Shown: positions 1 through 10,344 of the stretch, one piece after another
Position numbering within the stretch: the first letter of the stretch is position 1
Layout: the number at the start of each line of letters is the position of its first letter
From: Candidatus Bathyarchaeia archaeon
GTDB taxonomy: Archaea; Thermoproteota; Bathyarchaeia; Bathyarchaeales; Bathycorpusculaceae
Length of the DNA stretch: 64,000 bases
Assembly (NCBI GenBank): GCA_050012755.1
Contig: JBEKGO010000005.1
Coordinates: forward strand, 26,070-90,069
Direction of reading: 5' to 3'
Notes under the pieces: model-generated
Seen by the model: only the letters and a program-made list of their open reading frames with translations
What the model was told of the DNA's origin: nothing
The model's database searches: none
Position numbers and translations under genes: made by a program

Positions 1-637
1 TGTCTCCACCAATAGCTATGCCTTCGTACAGACCATCCGTGTTTCTAGCGATGATGTTATATGCCTCGTTGCTTAGACCGCCCGATTTAGATACAAATCC
101 TACGGAACCAGGTCTATGAAGTTTCGAGTCAACGATGTTTTCAATCGTGCCGCCAGCGTTGCCAATTTTGAAACAACCAGCTTTTATTCCTCCCACAGTA
201 GCGGGACCAATGATGACTTTTCCGAGAGCTTTGGCTTTAGCAGTGACCATTTTCATTCGCCGCTCAGGCACCCCTTCAGCTATTACTACAACCGTGCGTA
301 TCTGCGGTAGGGAAAGCGCTTCCTCAGTTGAAGATGCTGCTGACCTAAATGAAGCAAAATTTATTACAACATCAACGTTTGGATGCCTCTCGGTTGCCTT
401 TGCGAAAGTCTTGTACATGGGTATTAGGATTTCTTTCTTGCCGAAGAAAAATTTTGAGAAGCTGTCTGAACCTGTAGGATTGATTATTGCTGCGACCGAC
501 GGGGTTTCGCGTCCTGCTACATAGTCGAAGTCTAGCATTCTCTGAGTTGCGGCTGCTTGGTTATTGTAAATGAATGCTTGAGTATTTCTATCGAACAACT
601 CGCAATTGGAAGTTTTGGTTGATTTTGTTTTTGCCAT
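1..637 (-). CDS. aclA: ATP citrate lyase alpha subunit (N-terminal part; runs off the window edge)
   Basis: Not in the ORF track. ATG at 637 reads MAKTKSTKTSNCELFDRNTQAFIYNNQAAATQRMLDFDYVAGRETPSVAAII. QRMLDFDY..R.TPSVA is the ACL alpha N-terminal signature. Starts just after the aclB stop. Confidence 0.92.
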   Translation of the reverse strand, partial: MAKTKSTKTSNCELFDRNTQAFIYNNQAAATQRMLDFDYVAGRETPSVAAIINPTGSDSFSKFFFGKKEILIPMYKTFAKATERHPNVDVVINFASFRSAASSTEEALSLPQIRTVVVIAEGVPERRMKMVTAKAKALGKVIIGPATVGGIKAGCFKIGNAGGTIENIVDSKLHRPGSVGFVSKSGGLSNEAYNIIARNTDGLYEGIAIGGD

Positions 638-638
638 G

Positions 639-1952
639 TTATTTTCCGTCCTTCAAAGCCAATGAAACAATTTTGGTCATGTGAGTTTCTGGTCCATAGA
701 CTTCAATCGGCACACCTAGCTTCTCTCCGAGCTCTCTCATTTGACAGAGACCTTCCTTATAGTTTGGACCGCCTCTGCGAACGTAAATTTTGACTTTATT
801 CTCTTGAAGATTTTTCTGGTACTCCTTAAGTGCTTTAATAATGCCTTTAAAAGTACTTGCGACGTCAGTGAAATTTGCGATGCCGCCACCTATGATTAGA
901 AACTTGCCCTTTGGATGCGGCTTTCTTGTCATGACATCAAGTATTGTTTTTGCGTAGAAGTAGGTGAATTCCTCGCTTGGGTCGCCAGAATATTCACCGT
1001 AGTTCGCCAATTCATGCATGAAGCCAAGGTCGGTAATTGTATCTGCATAAATGACTGAGGCACCGCCGCCTGCAACCATTGTCCATATTCGTCCTTCGGG
1101 ATTAAGAACGGTTAACTTGAGCGAAGCTCCTGTCTTGGAATCTAATTCCTCGATGTAAGCTTCTTCTTTGGTCAGGATTCGACCGAAGGGTGCGGGAAAC
1201 TCTATGTTGCCCCATTTTGCGCCGCTTTCAAACTCGGCAGTGCTATCGATTTTGGCTGCAAGATCCAATGGAACAACGGAATCTTTTGTCACCACAATCG
1301 GATTCATTTCCAAATAAGTGAAGTTCAAGTCAGCATAGAATTTGAACAGGGCTTCTATGAAGCCAGAAATACGTTTTTTCCGATCAATGGGAACGGATGA
1401 CAACAGTTTCTTCTCGATTTCCGCTACTTTTGGGAATGTACCAATCGGTACTTCTAATCGGACTGCCTTTGTGTCTACATCGCCGACATTCACGCCACCT
1501 TTAGGGTAGAACAGGATTGTGTCGCCGTCTTTAGTTGACATTATGGCTAGATAAGATTCATCAGATTCTTTGTGAGGTACCATCGGTTCGATGATAAAGT
1601 GGGTAAGTTGTCCAACAGTTCCTTTATCGGCGGGTTTTCCGTTGGCGTCAAACTTCCCATGAATCGTTATTGGTTTCTGGGATTTTTCCTCTATCCATGC
1701 TTTGGCTTGGTCGTAATTGGCGTTGAGTAAGACAAGGTTGTTCTTTCCTCTGCGCTTAATCAGCTGGTCAGGTTTGACAACCAATTTCTCGGTGGTTAGC
1801 CATTTGTGCTCTTTCGGCAGCTTCTTCATATCAGTACTGGGATCAACTGTGACAATCTTATCTGAAATGTCGTATTTTCCTTCCGAGTAGTCATTGAACA
1901 AACGAGCGAGCATCCGTTTGCCGTCAGCTTCCCTAATCGCTTTGTGCGCCAT
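639..1952 (-). CDS. aclB: ATP citrate lyase beta subunit (ATP-grasp plus citrate-binding domain)
   Basis: MAHKAIREADGK, VKPDQLIKRRGK, GASLKLTVLNPEGRIWTMVAGGGASVIYADT, ANYGEYSG, GGGIANFTDVA. Confidence 0.95.
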   Translation of the reverse strand: MAHKAIREADGKRMLARLFNDYSEGKYDISDKIVTVDPSTDMKKLPKEHKWLTTEKLVVKPDQLIKRRGKNNLVLLNANYDQAKAWIEEKSQKPITIHGKFDANGKPADKGTVGQLTHFIIEPMVPHKESDESYLAIMSTKDGDTILFYPKGGVNVGDVDTKAVRLEVPIGTFPKVAEIEKKLLSSVPIDRKKRISGFIEALFKFYADLNFTYLEMNPIVVTKDSVVPLDLAAKIDSTAEFESGAKWGNIEFPAPFGRILTKEEAYIEELDSKTGASLKLTVLNPEGRIWTMVAGGGASVIYADTITDLGFMHELANYGEYSGDPSEEFTYFYAKTILDVMTRKPHPKGKFLIIGGGIANFTDVASTFKGIIKALKEYQKNLQENKVKIYVRRGGPNYKEGLCQMRELGEKLGVPIEVYGPETHMTKIVSLALKDGK

Positions 1953-1965
1953 TCATATCTACTCT

Positions 1966-3192
1966 CTATTGAAGCTTTTTCCTGAGTCTTTTTGCTACTT
2001 CAGCAATAAACTCTTCGGTGTCAACCTTTCTGTTCTTCGGGTCAGGTGCAGCAACAAGCATCAGGTCACCAGTCATTACTCCGCTTTCAACAGTTTCAAG
2101 AGCTGCTTCTTCGAGTTTCTTCGCGAAATCCGCAACTTCAGGTGTCTTGTCAAGCTCGCCTCTCTTTCTAAGGCAACCAGTCCAAGCGAATATCAAAGCC
2201 ATTGAATTGCTTGAGGTCTTTTCGCCCCTGAGATATTTGTAGTAGTGTTTCTGAACTGTACCATGTGACGCTTCAAACTCGTAATATCCTTGGGGACTGA
2301 CAAGGACGGAGGTCATCATTGCCAAGCTGCCGTAGGCTGAGCCTAACATGTCGCTCATGACGTCGCCGTCATAGTTCTTGCATGCCCATAGCAAACCGCC
2401 CTCTGTTTTCATTATTCGGGCAACTGCGTCATCGATGAGAGTGAAAAAGTAATCAAGCCCAGCTTCCTTGAACTTGATTTCCCAGTTCTTCTTGTACTCT
2501 TCCTCGAAGATCTTTTTGAATTGTGCATCATATGTTTTAGAAATCGTGTCCTTAGCGCCAAACCAGAGGTGTATCTTCTGGTCATAAGCGTAGGTAAAGC
2601 AAGCCTTCGCGAAGCTCTCTATTGACTTGTCGGTGTTGTGAATGCCTTGAATAACTCCTGGACCCTTGAAAGCCTGAATGGTTCCCCGCCAAAGCTCCTT
2701 CCCAGCGGTGTTCGTGAAAAGTATCTCGGCTTTTCCAGCTTCGGGAACTCTGTACTCACAATTCTTATACACATCGCCGTAAGCGTGTCTGCCGATATGA
2801 ATTGGTTTTTTCCAGGAAATGACAGACGGCGGAATGTTTTTCACTAAAATCGGTGCTCTGAAAACTGTGCCATCCAAGGCGGCTCGGATGGTTCCGTTGG
2901 GGCTACTCCATTCTTTCTTGAGGTTGTATTCCTTAACGCGATCTTTGTTCGGTGTGATGGTGGCGCATTTTACTCCGACACCGTATTTCTTTATGGCTTC
3001 TGCCGCCTCAAGAGTTATTCTGTCTTCAGTTTCATCCCTTTTCTTCAATTGAAGGTCATAATACGCAACACTCATATCTACATAGGGCAAAAGTAGCTGG
3101 TCTTTGACCATTTGCCACATTACTCTAGCCATTTCGTCTCCGTCGATTTCAACAATTGGTGTCTTAATTTTTATTTTGCTCAATCTAAGCAT
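1966..3192 (-). CDS. icd: NADP-dependent isocitrate dehydrogenase (homodimeric, eukaryote-like type)
   Basis: [50 protein letters not shown]. Confidence 0.95.
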   Translation of the reverse strand: MLRLSKIKIKTPIVEIDGDEMARVMWQMVKDQLLLPYVDMSVAYYDLQLKKRDETEDRITLEAAEAIKKYGVGVKCATITPNKDRVKEYNLKKEWSSPNGTIRAALDGTVFRAPILVKNIPPSVISWKKPIHIGRHAYGDVYKNCEYRVPEAGKAEILFTNTAGKELWRGTIQAFKGPGVIQGIHNTDKSIESFAKACFTYAYDQKIHLWFGAKDTISKTYDAQFKKIFEEEYKKNWEIKFKEAGLDYFFTLIDDAVARIMKTEGGLLWACKNYDGDVMSDMLGSAYGSLAMMTSVLVSPQGYYEFEASHGTVQKHYYKYLRGEKTSSNSMALIFAWTGCLRKRGELDKTPEVADFAKKLEEAALETVESGVMTGDLMLVAAPDPKNRKVDTEEFIAEVAKRLRKKLQ

Positions 3193-3198
3193 CCTCTT

Positions 3199-5136
3199 TC
3201 AATTTCCTTTAACTGTGTAGGGGAGCAGACCGCCAGCGAAAAGTATGTCTTTTTGTCTTTGAGAAAGGCTGTATCCAAGCTCGATTTTGACGTCCTTTGT
3301 CTTGTCAATCAATATTACAGGCTCATTGTTCAACAATTTCTTTTTGATGTCTGGGATTTCAATTTCGTCGTCTTGTTCTATTTTGTCATAGTCAGCCAAA
3401 TTCTTGAAAGAGAGCGGAATTATTCCAAAGTTCACGAGGTTAGCTGCGTGGATTCTTTCCACCGATTTGGCTATGATTGCTTTCACTCCAAGGTACATTG
3501 GACACAGTGCAGCGTGTTCTCTGGAACTTCCTTGACCGTAAGACTCGCCAGCAACGATAACCGTCGCCAATCCTTGTTTTTTCGCTTCCATGGCTCTGGT
3601 GGGGAATTCTTTGTCAATCGGTTCGAAAACATATTTTGAATATTCTGGGACATTGGAGCGGTATTTGAGTCTGGCTCCTGCGGGCATTATGTGGTCTGTT
3701 GTGATTTTATCGCCGACCTTTATGCCGACAATGCCTTTTATTTGCTCAGCCATTTTGTCGTTGACCGGGGGCGTACCGATGTTTGGACCCCTAACAATCT
3801 CAACATTTCTGTCAGCCTTTTTTGGGAAAATAAACATAGAATCGTCTATGAAGAATTTTGTTGGCATGCTGACTTTCGGGTAGTCTATGCCTGCTTTTCT
3901 TGGGTCAGTGAATTTCCCTGTGAGTGCTGCTACAGCTGCAACTTCTGGGCTCACAAGATAGACTTGTGCGTCTGCTGTGCCGCTTCTTCCTTCGAAGTTT
4001 CTATTGCTTGTCCTGAGTGAGACGCCTGTCGATTTGGGGCTCTGGCTGTTGCCAATGCAAAAGCCACATGTTGCTTCTAGTAGTCTAGCGCCAGAGTCTA
4101 GTAGGTCGCCTAGGTAACCGTCTTTTGTTGCCATCTGCAGAACTTGTCTTGAGCCTGGGGCAACTCCGAAGGATACATCGGGGTGCACTTTTTTGCCCTT
4201 CATAATTTTGGCTACAGTTGCTATTTCTTTGTAAGAAGAATTGGTACAGGAACCAAGCATTACTTGATCCACTTTCAAATCCTTCAAGTCACTAACTCGA
4301 ATTACGTTGCCTGGGCTGTGCGGCGCCGCTGCAAGAGGCTCCAACGTGCTAAGGTCAAGGTCCACGATTTTGTCATATTCTGCGTCATCGTCAGCTTTTA
4401 GTTCGACCCAATCAGCTTCTCTACCTTGTGCTTTAAGAAACTTTTTTGTCTCCTCATCTGAGGGGAATATTGATGTTGTGACTCCCATTTCGGCACCCAT
4501 GTTGGTTATTGTGGCTCTTTCTGGAACAGTTAGGCTTTTTACTCCTGGACCCGCGTACTCCATAACCACATCGACGTTGCCTTTCACCGAGAACATCTCT
4601 AGCATCTTTAGAACGACGTCTTTGGCGGTGACCCAAGCCTTGAGGCTGCCTTTCAGGTTTATTTTGTAGACTTTTGGACAATTAAGATAGAATTCTCCTC
4701 CGCCCATTGCTACTGCAACGTCCAGTCCGCCGGCTCCGATGGCGATCATTCCGATGCCGCCGCCGGTAGGAGTGTGACTGTCGGAACCTAGAAGAGTTTT
4801 TCCCGGTTTACCGAATCGCTCCAGATGAACTTGATGGCAAATCCCATTTCCCGCTTTGGAGTAAATGATCCCGTACTTGGCAGCTACCGTTTGAAGGTAT
4901 TTGTGGTCGTCAGCGTTCTCAAAACCTACCTGAATGGTATTGTGGTCGACGTAGCTCACGGAAAGCTCGGTTTTTACTTGCTTAAGGTCCATTGCTTCAA
5001 ACTGTAAGTATGCCATTGTTCCTGTGGCGTCTTGAGTAAGGGTTTGGTCAATTTTTATGCCTATTTCATAGCCTGGTACGTATTCACCCGTTACAAGATG
5101 TTCTTCTAGTATTTTTCGAGTAAGGGATTTACCCAT
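3199..5136 (-). CDS. acnA: Aconitate hydratase
   Basis: DQTLTQDATG, GICHQVHLE, GSDSHT, GSCTNS, CGFCIG, TTDHIMPAG, YGQGSSREHAA. Confidence 0.93.
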   Translation of the reverse strand: MGKSLTRKILEEHLVTGEYVPGYEIGIKIDQTLTQDATGTMAYLQFEAMDLKQVKTELSVSYVDHNTIQVGFENADDHKYLQTVAAKYGIIYSKAGNGICHQVHLERFGKPGKTLLGSDSHTPTGGGIGMIAIGAGGLDVAVAMGGGEFYLNCPKVYKINLKGSLKAWVTAKDVVLKMLEMFSVKGNVDVVMEYAGPGVKSLTVPERATITNMGAEMGVTTSIFPSDEETKKFLKAQGREADWVELKADDDAEYDKIVDLDLSTLEPLAAAPHSPGNVIRVSDLKDLKVDQVMLGSCTNSSYKEIATVAKIMKGKKVHPDVSFGVAPGSRQVLQMATKDGYLGDLLDSGARLLEATCGFCIGNSQSPKSTGVSLRTSNRNFEGRSGTADAQVYLVSPEVAAVAALTGKFTDPRKAGIDYPKVSMPTKFFIDDSMFIFPKKADRNVEIVRGPNIGTPPVNDKMAEQIKGIVGIKVGDKITTDHIMPAGARLKYRSNVPEYSKYVFEPIDKEFPTRAMEAKKQGLATVIVAGESYGQGSSREHAALCPMYLGVKAIIAKSVERIHAANLVNFGIIPLSFKNLADYDKIEQDDEIEIPDIKKKLLNNEPVILIDKTKDVKIELGYSLSQRQKDILFAGGLLPYTVKGN

Positions 5137-5360
5137 AAAGACTCATTCCTTTGGAAAGGTTTGTTTTTCTTTTATGCATATAAAGGTTGTCAATTTATAA
5201 GACAACTATCAGAATTTAAGTATTTACTTAAACAAATTGTAGTAATTTCAATACTTTAAATTCAAGAGATATTGTAACTATTTTAATATGCGTATTTGGT
5301 ATGAACTTTTTTTCTGTTGAAACGCATTCTTTGAAATTTTGCTTTGCTTCTGTTTCCACA

Positions 5361-5646
5361 GGTGTACGTGCTTGTACGTGCCTATACTTCCTTGTACTTG
5401 CTTGTACTTTGGTGTACTTCTGTGTACGTAACCTACAAACGTTACGAGTTTTAGAACAAAAAGGCAACCCAATGTACAGAGGACAAAGTCTTGTGCAGAA
5501 ACCTTATAATAATCGCCCCGTTTTCGCGCATTTCCACACAGAATTACACATATTAACACATTTTAACACAATTAGACACATTTCAGCTCAAATCCACACA
5601 AATAAACACGCAACCTGCAAACGAACCAAACCCTAAACCAAAAAAG
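5361..5646 (+). repeat. Paired 10-bp-period degenerate arrays, each followed by a conserved tail (locus 1)
   Basis: 7 units with a TGTAC core (5361-5427) then GTAACCTACAAACG; 8 units with an ACAC core (5531-5609) then GCAACCTGCAAACGAACCAAACCCTAAACCAAAAAA. Confidence 0.85.
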
Positions 5647-5773
5647 CAAAGTGAAACAACCTGAACAAAAACTGGCCCAAACCCCCTCAATATGTCTGCT
5701 TTTGTCTTAATCGCTTATAGAAATTAATTAGTCAAAATTGATTTAATTTATATAAGCAACGTATAGTTTAGAT

Positions 5774-6775
5774 ATGTTATATCCTGCTTGGGGTAGACTT
5801 ATGAGTGAATCACGTAAAGTCCAACAGACACCTACCGGTACATTTTTTGTTTGTGTGCCTAGAGAATGGGCTAAAAAGAGTGCCTTAAAAAAAGGTGATT
5901 TAGTACGTTTAGAGGTTACTGCCGACGGCAAGCTTGTTGTGGATCCTTCCAATAATGTTGAGGCACCACCTAGAATCACTTCTTTAACGGTTGGTCCCTA
6001 CTTGGGCAGAGAGATTGTTGGTCGTTACCTATTAGGTTATGACATAATTGATATTGAAGCGAAGGACAGAATTGACTCTGAAGCTAGGAAAATAGTTAAG
6101 TCAACTGCTAGTTCTTTGGCGGGCTTAGAAATTGTTGAAGAAACCAGCTCAAAGATTTCTTTACAAACCTTAATGCAGCAGCCTTCAGGATTTATACCTG
6201 AAAAAATTCTTCATAGAACTTACGCAATCGTAGCGGGGATGACTCGTGACGCCGCTAACTCCTTTGTTTATGGGGATGTTGAGTTAGCTAAGAATGTTGT
6301 CGAGAGAGATGCCGAGAGCAACAAGCTTTATTTCTTGTTGGTCAGAATTCTGAGGACAATAATTCAGAATCCTCGCTTGAGCGAGAAACTTGGGATTACT
6401 CCTATAGAATGTTTAGATTATCGTTTGGCAGCAAGTTTGATTGAGGGTATAGGCGACGCATGTGTGCAGCTGGCGGCAGAAACAATTGCGCTTAACGGCG
6501 TGAAGATGCCTAGTGAACTTCAAAAATTGCTGCTTGATTTGCAGGAAACTTGCTGTAAAGCCAATGAGCAGGCATTAAAATCCTTTGTAACCAAGGATAT
6601 TTCATTAGCGGAAAATGTACGAAACCTGAGAACAAAAATCGATGATACATACTCAAACGTTGAGAAAGTGGCAAAAGACTCTTCTGTAGATTTGATGCCG
6701 CAGCTTTTAGCAGCAGTTTCTTTCCTTAGACAGATTTACGAACGAAGCGTTGACATGGCAGACTTAGTTGTTTAA
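5774..6775 (+). CDS. AbrB-PhoU family phosphate uptake regulator
   Basis: N-terminal RKVQQTPTGTFFVCVPREWA AbrB-like domain, YLLGYDII, two PhoU repeats. True start probably MSESRK (5801). Confidence 0.88.
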   Translation: MLYPAWGRLMSESRKVQQTPTGTFFVCVPREWAKKSALKKGDLVRLEVTADGKLVVDPSNNVEAPPRITSLTVGPYLGREIVGRYLLGYDIIDIEAKDRIDSEARKIVKSTASSLAGLEIVEETSSKISLQTLMQQPSGFIPEKILHRTYAIVAGMTRDAANSFVYGDVELAKNVVERDAESNKLYFLLVRILRTIIQNPRLSEKLGITPIECLDYRLAASLIEGIGDACVQLAAETIALNGVKMPSELQKLLLDLQETCCKANEQALKSFVTKDISLAENVRNLRTKIDDTYSNVEKVAKDSSVDLMPQLLAAVSFLRQIYERSVDMADLVV

Positions 6776-6829
6776 TGGCTGGTAAAGGGTTAAATTTCAT
6801 AGTTTACATTCAAATCAGGGATAACTTAC

Positions 6830-7450
6830 ATGCCAAGTATCACCGATAAAGTCGCTGATGCTCTTTACTCATCTGGCTGCTTAAAGTTTGGAAACTTTAA
6901 AATTAAGTCAGGAGCAAATAGCCCGTATTACATTGACCTTGCCCGTTTGCTTTCCAAACCAAAACATCTGTGCACGATTGCTGAATTAGCAGCTGAGCAA
7001 ATTAAACAAATAATGATTTCTGACTCAGTAGACAAATTGGCTTCGATTGAGCTTAAAGGTGCGTTGATGGTCCCCAGCATAGCTTGCCAAGTGAACTTGC
7101 CCTGCATCATAGTTAGAAAGGAGGCGAAAGCCTATGGAGTTACAGGAAGAATAGCTGGCGCCGACGTAGCGAAAGGTGACAGCATCCTGTTCTTTGATGA
7201 CGTCATAAGTGAAGGCTTATCCAAAATTGAAGGCATCAAGCTCTTGCAAGATCTAGGAGGTACTGTTAAACATTTACTAGTTGTTGTTAACCGAGAACAA
7301 GGCGGCAAAGAGAACCTGGAGAAACTAGGTTTCAAAGTGCATGCTTTAGCTAAAATCAGTGAACTCGTCAATTCACTATGTCAAAATAACCACATTTCAA
7401 AATTGCAAAACCAAGAGGTTTTTGCCTACCTGAAAAATTTTAAGGCTTAG
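6830..7450 (+). CDS. pyrE: Orotate phosphoribosyltransferase
   Basis: FGNFKIKSGANSPYYIDL, VRKEAKAYG, PRPP motif FDDVISEG. Confidence 0.88.
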   Translation: MPSITDKVADALYSSGCLKFGNFKIKSGANSPYYIDLARLLSKPKHLCTIAELAAEQIKQIMISDSVDKLASIELKGALMVPSIACQVNLPCIIVRKEAKAYGVTGRIAGADVAKGDSILFFDDVISEGLSKIEGIKLLQDLGGTVKHLLVVVNREQGGKENLEKLGFKVHALAKISELVNSLCQNNHISKLQNQEVFAYLKNFKA

Positions 7451-7674
7451 AAGAATACCACTTCATAATTTCTTTCGAGACGTTAGTAGAATAACCGCTT
7501 TTCATAAGCACCTTTCTAAGGTCTTTTTCCCCGTGAGACTCCATGTTTCGTCTTCAAATTGCCCTTGCAGGCTTAATATAAAGTTAATTAAAAACTAGGT
7601 AATATTTCAAATTATTATATACCTACATTTATTTGGATGCCTGACAAAAGAGTCACTTCAAAGGAAGAAACCTC

Positions 7675-8685
7675 ATGATGAACGACCAAAAACAAGTGGT
7701 TGAAGCCCTACTGAATTCACAAGCTTACCCTGAAGAACCAGGTAAAATCGAACTAATACAAACTCATAGTTCCTTTGTCTTTGTGACCAAGAAATTTGTT
7801 TATAAAATGAAGAAAGCTGTAAACTTTGGGTTCCTTGATTTTTCTACACTTGAAAAAAGACGCTTCTTCTGCGAAAAAGAATTAGAACTTAACAGAAGAC
7901 TTTGCGAGGACGTATATCTTGAAGTCGTACCCATCAACAAATCAAACAATATTAAAATAGAAGGCGATGGCGAAACGATTGAATATGCCTTGAAAATGAA
8001 GCGTCTTCCTCAGCAAAAAATAATGACAATTCTTCTTAAAGAGGGCAAAGTGAACAATAAAACCATTGATGAGTTAGCCAAGATTATCGTGGAATTCCAT
8101 TCTAAGGCCCAAACGAGCAGTGACATAAACATATATGGCTCTCTAAAAATCGTAAAGACAAATTGGGATGAAAATTTCACTCAAACCCTAAAATATATTG
8201 ATCGAACAATCTCACAAATGGATTTTGAATTTCTTCAAAGTCGTGTTAACAATTTCAATGAAAAAAATAGATTGCTTTTTGAAAACAGGATAAAAGACAA
8301 TAAGATCAGAGACTGCCATGGCGATATGCATTCAGGAAATATTTTCATCACAAACCCAATCTGTATCTTTGACGCTATCGAATTTAACGATCGTTTCAGA
8401 TACTCTGATGTAGCTTCAGATGTTGCCTTTTTAGCGATGGACCTTGATTTTCAAAAGAGAGCTGACTTATCAGATTACTTCATAAACCGATACATAATCT
8501 ATTCTAAAGACCAAGAGTTAGTAAAGGTTCTTTCATTCTATAAGTGCTACAGAGCTTATGTACGTGGAAAGGTAATCAGCTTCAAACTCGATGACCCAAA
8601 TGTGAAAATCGCTGAAAAGAAAGCCGCAGTCAAAGAAGCACGATCATACTTTAAACTGGCTGTAAAATATGCGAAAGACCTATGA
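7675..8685 (+). CDS. Aminoglycoside-phosphotransferase-like kinase (COG2187, Rv2004c N-terminal type)
   Basis: IQTHSS, YKMKKAVNFGFLDFSTLEKR, ELELNRR, RDCHGDMHSGNI, FDAIEFN. Confidence 0.88.
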   Translation: MMNDQKQVVEALLNSQAYPEEPGKIELIQTHSSFVFVTKKFVYKMKKAVNFGFLDFSTLEKRRFFCEKELELNRRLCEDVYLEVVPINKSNNIKIEGDGETIEYALKMKRLPQQKIMTILLKEGKVNNKTIDELAKIIVEFHSKAQTSSDINIYGSLKIVKTNWDENFTQTLKYIDRTISQMDFEFLQSRVNNFNEKNRLLFENRIKDNKIRDCHGDMHSGNIFITNPICIFDAIEFNDRFRYSDVASDVAFLAMDLDFQKRADLSDYFINRYIIYSKDQELVKVLSFYKCYRAYVRGKVISFKLDDPNVKIAEKKAAVKEARSYFKLAVKYAKDL

Positions 8686-8693
8686 AATCTCTA

Positions 8694-9560
8694 TTATGCG
8701 AATTGATTAACTACCCAATCAGGAATTTCAACGGTGCCCATTAAGATTGGTTTCTGGTGGCAATCGCTTCCGCCAGTCATCAGTAATTTCTTTTTCTTTG
8801 CGAACTCCACATAATGAAAAGTTGTTTCTGCGGTGTTCCTTGAATGCCAACATTCCACGCCGTCAATATAAGGCAACATTTTCTCTTGGATAATTTCCGT
8901 TTGCTCAAATAACGATTTAGATAGTGCTGCCAACGAAGTGCCATGCGGGTCATTTGGGTGAGCCAGAACCAATTTTCCACCTGCACCTCTGATAAGACTG
9001 GAAGCTTCTTCCAAATAAAGCGGATACTTGGGAACATCACATTTTACAAGATACTTGTCAAATGCTTCCTGACGTGTTTTAACGATGTTTTTCTTCACTA
9101 AATAATCAGCAATGTGGGGTCTGCCAAGCACTCCATCAACTGACTCCTCAATCTGCCTTAAATCATCATGGCCTAGCGCTGAAATGTTTTCTTTTTTGAA
9201 TTCTGTGTTTAGATTGTTGAAGATTTTTGCAGCTCTGTCTTCTCGATATTTCGCTATTTTTACCAGTTTGCTTCTTAATGCTTCATTATCGGCGTCAAAT
9301 TGATATCCTAAAAAATCTAGCGAAACCGCTTTGCCTTCATTGTATTTTGGGTGCGAAAAAGTCACGTTTAGCTCCACGCCTGTGACGTATCCTACCTGTT
9401 CTTTTTTCGATAATGTTCTGGCTTGGGTTTGGCAGACAATAGAGTCGTGATCTGTAATCGCCAGAAATCCGATGTTTCTGGTTTTTGCTTCTTTAAGAAT
9501 TTCCTGCACAGTCAACTTTCCGTCTGAAGCTGAGGAGTGAACGTGCAAGTCAATTATCAT
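8694..9560 (-). CDS. PHP-family metal-dependent phosphoesterase (TrpH/YciV-like)
   Basis: DLHVHSSASDG, AITDHD, GRPHIA, VLAHP, GGSDCH. Confidence 0.92.
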   Translation of the reverse strand: MIIDLHVHSSASDGKLTVQEILKEAKTRNIGFLAITDHDSIVCQTQARTLSKKEQVGYVTGVELNVTFSHPKYNEGKAVSLDFLGYQFDADNEALRSKLVKIAKYREDRAAKIFNNLNTEFKKENISALGHDDLRQIEESVDGVLGRPHIADYLVKKNIVKTRQEAFDKYLVKCDVPKYPLYLEEASSLIRGAGGKLVLAHPNDPHGTSLAALSKSLFEQTEIIQEKMLPYIDGVECWHSRNTAETTFHYVEFAKKKKLLMTGGSDCHQKPILMGTVEIPDWVVNQFA

Positions 9561-9577
9561 TCGGAAAACCGTGCTCT

Positions 9578-10183
9578 TTACTTTTTCTCCATTCTTATAA
9601 CGTACCAGTCTTTAGCATTATCGTGGCAAGTATCAACCGTCAAGTGCAGAATTCTAAGCGTTGGAAAGTTTTTCTTTATTTCTTCAATATTAACAGATTC
9701 AAACTTCTTCTTGTTCGCAAGGTAGGCATCTACTGTTAAAGCATTTGATTCGTATTTCTCTTTAGTTCTCCTCTCAATTCTTGCAACAGAAACTTCCTGC
9801 GGACAACTTGTTTGCATGATGACAAATTCCATGTTATGTTTCGCTGCCACTTCAGCCGCGCGTCTGCGTAAATCCTGCGTGACAAATGTGGCATCCAAAA
9901 TTATGCCGCCGTCTTTTTTGTCTGCAAGTTCATCTGCTCGACGAAAGACTTCATCGTAAACAGACATGCGCTTGTTCATGTTTCCAGCAACTTTAGGGTC
10001 AAAAACGTCCTCATTTTTTAGTACCTCTAAGCGGATTATGTCGCTTCGAAGAATTGTGTATTCTTTGATTTTTGAGACTTCTTCTGCAGTTTCTGTTTTC
10101 CAAGTTCCAGGTAATCCGCATGTAATAAGTAATGTTCTGAGTCCCAGATTTACTTTAATGAATTTGGCAAAAGGTTCTCTCAA
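9578..10183 (-). CDS. AAA_33/COG0645 P-loop kinase
   Basis: CGLPGTWKT Walker A, RSDIIR, ILDATF. Start moved from 10327 to TTG 10183, which lies 8 nt after GAGG. Confidence 0.82.
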   Translation of the reverse strand: MREPFAKFIKVNLGLRTLLITCGLPGTWKTETAEEVSKIKEYTILRSDIIRLEVLKNEDVFDPKVAGNMNKRMSVYDEVFRRADELADKKDGGIILDATFVTQDLRRRAAEVAAKHNMEFVIMQTSCPQEVSVARIERRTKEKYESNALTVDAYLANKKKFESVNIEEIKKNFPTLRILHLTVDTCHDNAKDWYVIRMEKK

Positions 10184-10344
10184 GCATGCTGCCTCTTTAC
10201 AGTTAGCTTTGAATGAGGTGTAATTAAACTTTTTCCAGCCCAAAAATGGTGCTTGCCCCCTTGCTTCACACTTAACCTGACTTTGCCTTAAAGGAAATTC
10301 TAAATAGGTAGGAGACACAATGTTCATAAAAAGAAGGAATATTT

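Noticed and set aside
5228-5636. Three overlapping ORFs across array locus 1
   Set aside because: They are by-products of the 10-bp repeats (a period not divisible by 3) and show no protein motifs.
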